Source of the DNA: Callorhinchus milii
Lineage: Eukaryota
DNA: 64,000 nucleotides
Direction of reading: 5' to 3'
NCBI RefSeq assembly: GCF_018977255.1
Contig: NW_024704745.1
Span: 32,240,001-32,304,000 of the forward strand
Shown here piece by piece: positions 58,236 through 64,000 of this stretch. The position numbers and the translations under genes are program-made. The notes under the pieces are model-generated. The model searched no databases. It saw only the letters and a program-made list of their open reading frames with translations, and was not told the DNA's origin. The number at the start of each line of letters is the position of its first letter. Position 1 is the stretch's first letter.

Positions 58236-59274
58236 GCAGGATTGGACTCTGATGTGATGCCCTCTGTGGTTCATTTGCCTGCCAACACTGACCATCAAGG
58301 TTCACACATTAATAATGTCTAGTTGGGAAAGATACTAGTGGTAATAGGTGCCCCATAATCATATCTAGAAGAAAAGCAGTGAAGAAAATCAACAAGAGGA
58401 AAAAAAATGTATTTGCGAAATTCTGAAACTTGTGGATTGCATTTTCAAAGTTCTGAGGCTTGTGTTCCCGTGTCCTCTGTTTTTCTAGCAAGCCCAGCCG
58501 ACTGTGACACTGTGCATCTTTCCCACCTTATCTGGAAATCATTAGTTCAGATCAGCAAATCTGTCACAAGACAGTGCTTGATATAAACAAGAGATCACAA
58601 AACATCCCAGCAATCAATATCAAGATGGGTACAGTATTGAAGCCCCTCCAGTGCTCATCATTTTTCTCAGTCTCCATTTCTATGGCCAAAGGAAGCATTA
58701 ATTCCAATAATAAATCTGAGGTGATTTAAATCCTGGACCGTGCGGCTGCCTGGTTTAATGATTTATTTTGTACATTTCACGATGCGGGAGATTTGTCCAT
58801 AACAACTGACAGGTCACCTTCAAATGCCATGGGCAGACCGTTCATCATCATGCAGACTAGCACCTCATCTGAGCAAGTAAATATTAAAGTAAAAGAATCC
58901 AATAGATTGTGAATAGAGGAGAAAAGGCATCAGGGCCATATATTTTACTCAAAGTGCTAATGCTTCACTTTCTGTGGCTTGTCTGCTAGAATTAGAATGC
59001 TGGTGGGAGGTGGTAGCTCAAGGTTAATGTGTAAAAGTGAAGAGATAAAACAGTTTCCTATTAGCTTCATTGGCATGACCACACTGTGTTAATCAGTGAA
59101 TCTCAGCTTGGCCGATTAGTCTGACCCTGTCTGCTTTCTTATCTGTGGCAACAGTCTCTCCCTATCAACTTCCTTAACATGTTTTTCACTGAGGGCTTTG
59201 CTGTACATTTCATGCATTGATGTGTTTCATTTAGAAGCGGCCCATGGGCTGAAAAGTGAAATGCTGAATAATTA

Positions 59275-59900
59275 CAGTAAAATTAATCCTTCCATTTTGA
59301 CACAGTGCCTTTTTACCTCCTCAAAATGTCTCAAAGTGGTTTGCAGGATTTTAAATAAATAATCCTTGCATTTGATATAGCGCTTTTCACGTCTTCGAGA
59401 TGTCTCTAAGCACTTCACAGAATATACTGTAAAGTGAATTGAATGCATAATTGTGGGTGAAACGCGGCAGCCAATTGCACACAGCAGTGTCCCACAAACA
59501 GTCGTGGAGTGACCAAATATATTATTGTTTTTTTTCTTGAGGGATTATTATCAGGCATGATAAAGTGGGCATATTTGAAGCAAATGCAGCAGTCAATTTG
59601 CTACAAAGTGAGTGACCTATTTTACCTGGAGAATTGTTGGCTATCAGGGTATCAGGCTATATTGGGTATCAGGAGAAACTCTCTTTTTGAGTAGTGCTAC
59701 GGGTTCTTTAATGCCCACCTGAACAAGCAGATGGGACAGTGGTTTAAAGTCTCATCCAAAGACAAAGACTTCTGACAATGCATTGCTCCTCAAGCATTGC
59801 ACTGGAGTGTCAACCCAGACTATGAGCTCCCGATGTGGGGCTTGGATCCTCAACCTCCTGACTCAGAGATGAAAGTGCTAGGCACTGAGCCAGGTTGACA
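59275..59900 (-). mobile_element. SacSINE1-like DeuSINE (59275-59352 and 59560-59900) with a nested young SINE at 59355-59559
   Basis: The host tail is cut after TTGCAGGATTTT and resumes at about TAAAGTGGGCATATTTGAAGCAAATGCAGCAG; host head CAACCTCCTGACTCAGAGATGAAAGTGCTAGGCACTGAGCCAGGTTGACA. Confidence 0.85.
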
Positions 59901-60080
59901 CATTATAATAATGATGCCAAATACCAATTAACAAAGAATAGTGGTCACATATAAACAGTAAGTAACAACAAGTAGCAGAGCTACATGCTCTCTGTATTCA
60001 AAAATATCTTCAATGTGATTTTTTTTCAATTCTTCCCTTTTTGATTTTTCCCAACTCGTTGCCTGCTACTTATTGGCTTT

Positions 60081-61020
60081 AACAACAACAACAAAATTAC
60101 ATTTATAGAGCGCCCTTCACGTTGGGAGGACATCCTAAGGCGCTGGACATTCAGGGGTCAGAACCCGAGCATGGGGGAGGGGTGGTGTAGGGGTGAGGGA
60201 AGGCAGAGAGTGGGAGGGCGACTGAAGGCACGATCGAAGAGGATCTTGAGGCCGGCCTTGAAGGAGGCAAGGGAGGAAGTGAGGTGAAGGGACGGTGGGA
60301 CGGAGTTCCAGAGTGTGGGGGCAGAGGGACTGAAAGCCCGGCCACTGATAGTAGGGCGGGTCGGGTGGGAGACATGGAGCAGGCCAGAGCCCGCTGCTAG
60401 GCAGTCTGCAGGTCAGAGAGGTAGGAGGGGGCAAGGCCATGGATGGTCTTAAAAGTGAGGACTCAATCCTCTGGGGGATATGGAGCCAGTGGAGTCGGGC
60501 GAAGGTGGGAGTGATAGGATCACAGAGTCTGGTGCGTGAGAGTACATGAGCTGCAGAGTTTGGATGATCTGCAGCTTGTGAAGGGAAGAGTTGGGAAGGC
60601 CGATGAGGAGGGAGTTTCCATAATCGAGCCTTGATGTGACAAATGCGTGGGTGAGGGTTTCAGCAGCCTGAGGGGTGAGGCAGTGGCGGACGCTGGCAAT
60701 GTTGCAGAGGTTGTGGTAGGCAGTGCGCAGATATGGGGGAGAAAGGGCAGTTCAGGGTCAAACAAGACACCCAGGTTCCTGACTGACTTAGTGAGGTTGA
60801 GTATGCAACCGCGGAGGCTGAAGCTGCCAGCGCCCAAGGTGCAGAGGCGCTGGCGCGAGCCAATCGGGAGGGCCTCGGTCTTGCTAACTTTCAGTTGGAG
60901 AAAGTTGTCATTCATCCAGGACTTGATGTCGGACAGGCAGTCGGTCAGGACTTCAGTAGTCCTGGAATTGAGGGTGGAGGCAGAGAGATTAGAGTTGGGT
61001 GTCATCCACATACATGCGGA
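60081..61020 (-). mobile_element. Longest L2 fragment, from the RT YxDD motif to the 3' tail, inactivated
   Basis: ATG TAT GTG GAT GAC ACC CAA CTC TAA = MYVDDTQL*, then LTDCLSDIKSWMNDNFLQLKVSKTEAL...SVRNLGVLFDPEL, with frameshifts and a (GTT)n tail. Confidence 0.95.
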
Positions 61021-61254
61021 GATTTACCTCAACAACAGGACAACTGGATAAAACTTTGCTGCCATGCTGTGAATTTGCAATAGTGGCTGTTGACATTTCC
61101 CCAACCTCATTGGTACAGTATTATTTTACAGCATTTTTAACATTTCTGTTTTTTATGAATCGTGTCAAACTTGACTGAGTACTAACAACATTAATAGGAA
61201 AAATTATGCAAGTAATTGAAAATAATTGTAAGATGATCAGAGAAATAGACAACC

Positions 61255-61360
61255 AAAATGCACAGTCTGTCAAAATACACTTGACAGTATATCTTGTGAA
61301 GCGCTTTGAGATTCCTCTCAACATGAAATGCATTATATCAAATGTAAGGATTATTACTAT
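61255..61360 (+). mobile_element. SINE 3' tail
   Basis: TGTGAAGCGCTTTGAGATTCCTC...TATATCAAATGTAAGGATTATTACTATT. Confidence 0.82.
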
Positions 61361-62688
61361 TACACATTAGGAGAATATGCTTTTATGCAACTTGGTAAAG
61401 TTGAAAATAATGACTCTAATTGTAAAGCACTCCAGGGTTGCATTTATCAGGCCTGACGTGGAATACCTCTCTTGAACTACAGCTTGACAACTGCATCCTG
61501 TTTGGCAAGGAGTGCACTGTCTGCAGCTTTCTTGGAAAGGCATCAGGGTCTAACATGCAGGTTGGGTCACTATGTGCTAACATTACAGGTGCCCTTAGTG
61601 ATTTAATTGACAACCAATGAAAGCGATTCTGTAATCCTTTACAGTAGGTTCTTAATTACATAATTATACATGTTTGCTTAGTGGAGGCCAGATATCAGGT
61701 GACTTTCTTCCCTGGCTCTGCTTATTTGTGGGAATATAGTTCTAGTGAGAATACATTTCAAATGAAATTTAAAGGCTGCATTGCAAGTTTATTTTAAAGC
61801 ATTAAGAAAGTTTTAAGTTATTCAACCATCACAGTGTCGGTGTTTTGTGAATCCACCTGGCAGTCCAGGAGCTCTTCCATATTATCAATTCCAGGCTGGT
61901 GTGGATTTTCAGTCCGCCTTGTTCAACACATTCAATTTCCCCCAAGACACTAACATGACACAGACTCCCCTATTCATTCTAACTCAGAACAGATCCAGTC
62001 CTGTCTCTTTTATATGCAGCACACCTTATACAGCACATAATAGCACTGTATGTCAAAAGGACCTTTCTGGATTAATTTCTTTGTGAGGCTGAGTTGATCA
62101 TTTTTTATTTTTCACTCCCGACCTAGTTTGTAGCAGTACAGGCAGAGGTGCTCAAGATTCCTCTGAGATTAATCTTGATCACTTCCTCGCAACCAATGTG
62201 GCAAAGTCCCCACCCTCTCTACTAGAACTAATATTCCTTTTCGGGGAGGAAATTTCTTTTGATTGCCCAAGTTACTATCATTTTGTTTTTTATACTGGCA
62301 CTGAAGGGGTTTCAGCCCTCATTTGTTCCCGTAGTGTTAAAGCAAATCACCTGACAGCGCACTATAAAAAGAATGCAAAATAATAAAATCAGAGCAAACA
62401 AAGATTGTCACACGTGCAGAGGAGGGACTGCAAAACACTGGAAGAGAGATAAAATGAACAGAGACATTAATTCAATAAAACTACGTGTTCATATTTCTCC
62501 CTGATATGAGAGTAACATTCCCTTTGACCAGTTTATATGGAAAGATAGAATTACATATCATCTAATCTTGGGCAATCATATCCATTTTGCTACACAAATA
62601 AGGTGATACAATAGGTAGGAATGTTTTTGAATTTATTGGTGAGTGCTGTGAATGAAATTAAGGGATATTTGTTTTCAAGAATGTGTGA

Positions 62689-62900
62689 ACTTGGCTCAGT
62701 TGGCAGCATTCTCACCTCTGAGTCAGAAGATTGTGGAGTCAAACCTCATACTGGGACTTCGAATTTACAGTCCAGGCTGGCACCCCAGCGCAATGCTGGG
62801 AGAATGCTGCATTGGCAGAAGTCCCGACCTGCAGGTCAGATGTGAAACCAAGGTCCCATTATGCTTGTTCCGGTGGATGCTAAAGATGTTATTGCAGCAG
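62689..62900 (+). mobile_element. SacSINE1-like SINE 5' half
   Basis: TTGGCTCAGTTGGCAGCATTCTCACCTCTGAGTCAGAAGATTGTGG...TTGTTCCGGTGGATGCTAAAGAT. Confidence 0.82.
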
Positions 62901-64000
62901 TTGGTGGAATTTCGACTTTATTAAAAAAAATCTGGTATCCCATTAATCGGAAGTTCAATGCATAGCCTGACTTACCAGCATCATCAATGAGAATCAATGA
63001 GTATGTGTGTGCATGTGTGTATGTGTGGCAGGGGCCGGGGGGGAAGAGGGATGGGAGCTTCTGCCTCCAATAAACCAGTCATATAAAATATCATAAAGAT
63101 CACAAAGTTCCTAAATCAAATATATCACAGGGGTTGACTAACACGTCAAAACGTTTTAATTTTCACCTCATTCTGTGTTAACCTAACCTCAGAACGCCTC
63201 AGGGTACTCCTTGCTTGCTGTAGTTTGGCCATTTTATTTCTCCCGCCAGCTGCCCTTCTGAATTGATGGGCAGTTTATTGTTGTGGAATCAGACTCACTG
63301 GCACGTGCATTGATGACAAGCAATAAACCGATAAGTAGCCTTACAGCCATTTAGCAAAAGAAACTTTCATGCAGCCAATCTACCATGGATTCAATCCTGT
63401 TGCCAATGGTGAAAGGACAGTGTGCTAAGCAGCCAATTTTGACAGTACAAAATCACTGCATTTTTCTACTGCGCAGTTTCTCTCTTTCTAGACCAAAACT
63501 TTATTATCAAAATAATCCAATGTATCCTGAGCAGTTTAGATATAGTGCACTTTACTTAATTACTGTGAGCCTCCTAAGTACAATGAATGATGATACATAT
63601 GACCCATATCAATTATCCATCCCATCTACAATAGAAACTATATACAAGGCAACCTGTTATTAAGCTCCTCAGAAGTGGTTTCTGGCTTCCAACACAGCCG
63701 GTTGGCTTCCTGCACAACAAAATGGCCAACTTCCAGATCGTCAGGTTGCCACCACCATCAACTCTTGCTCACTGCACACATGTATTATGTGCAGGAAATT
63801 ACATTAGCAACAATCTGACAACTCAGAAGTCAGAATTTTTTTGCACTCTCTTTCAACAGATTCAGATTATTGCTAGAATGGAAAGAACCATGTTTTTGTT
63901 TGATTTTACTGTGGTAAGACCTTTAGACCCTCTTTTTTTTAGGGACTTTTTGATACGAACACTTATCAGATTGTCACACACCTGGCTGTCCTACAGTTCA

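Noticed and set aside
1-64000. Novel prokaryote-style system (operon, defence island, retron)
   Set aside because: There are no long ORFs or operon structure, and the recognisable repeated content is explained by vertebrate SINE/LINE/MITE families and simple duplications.

Overview
Eukaryotic, AT-rich, essentially non-coding vertebrate DNA. The repeat content points to a cartilaginous fish, most likely a holocephalan such as Callorhinchus; this is an inference from recalled repeat families, not a search. The window is dominated by retroposons: (1) a young tRNA-Ala-like, Deu-domain SINE in short and long forms ending in (TAT)n; (2) an older SacSINE1-like DeuSINE; (3) 5'-truncated L2 LINEs that share a 3' stem-loop tail with both SINEs; (4) CR1 3' ends; (5) more ancient SINE relics; (6) Tigger/pogo-like MITEs. 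I recognise no host protein-coding gene, no genuine tRNA/rRNA, no CRISPR array and no new biological system. The ORFs I can interpret are repeat-derived and the rest look like chance ORFs. The best leads are a recurrent SINE-into-SINE insertion site, an internal/terminal inverted repeat in the young SINE, a minisatellite that appears to have grown from an ancient SINE, local duplications, hairpins, weak exon candidates and repeat-poor blocks that may be conserved enhancers. Boundaries of degraded repeats are approximate (about +/-20 bp).
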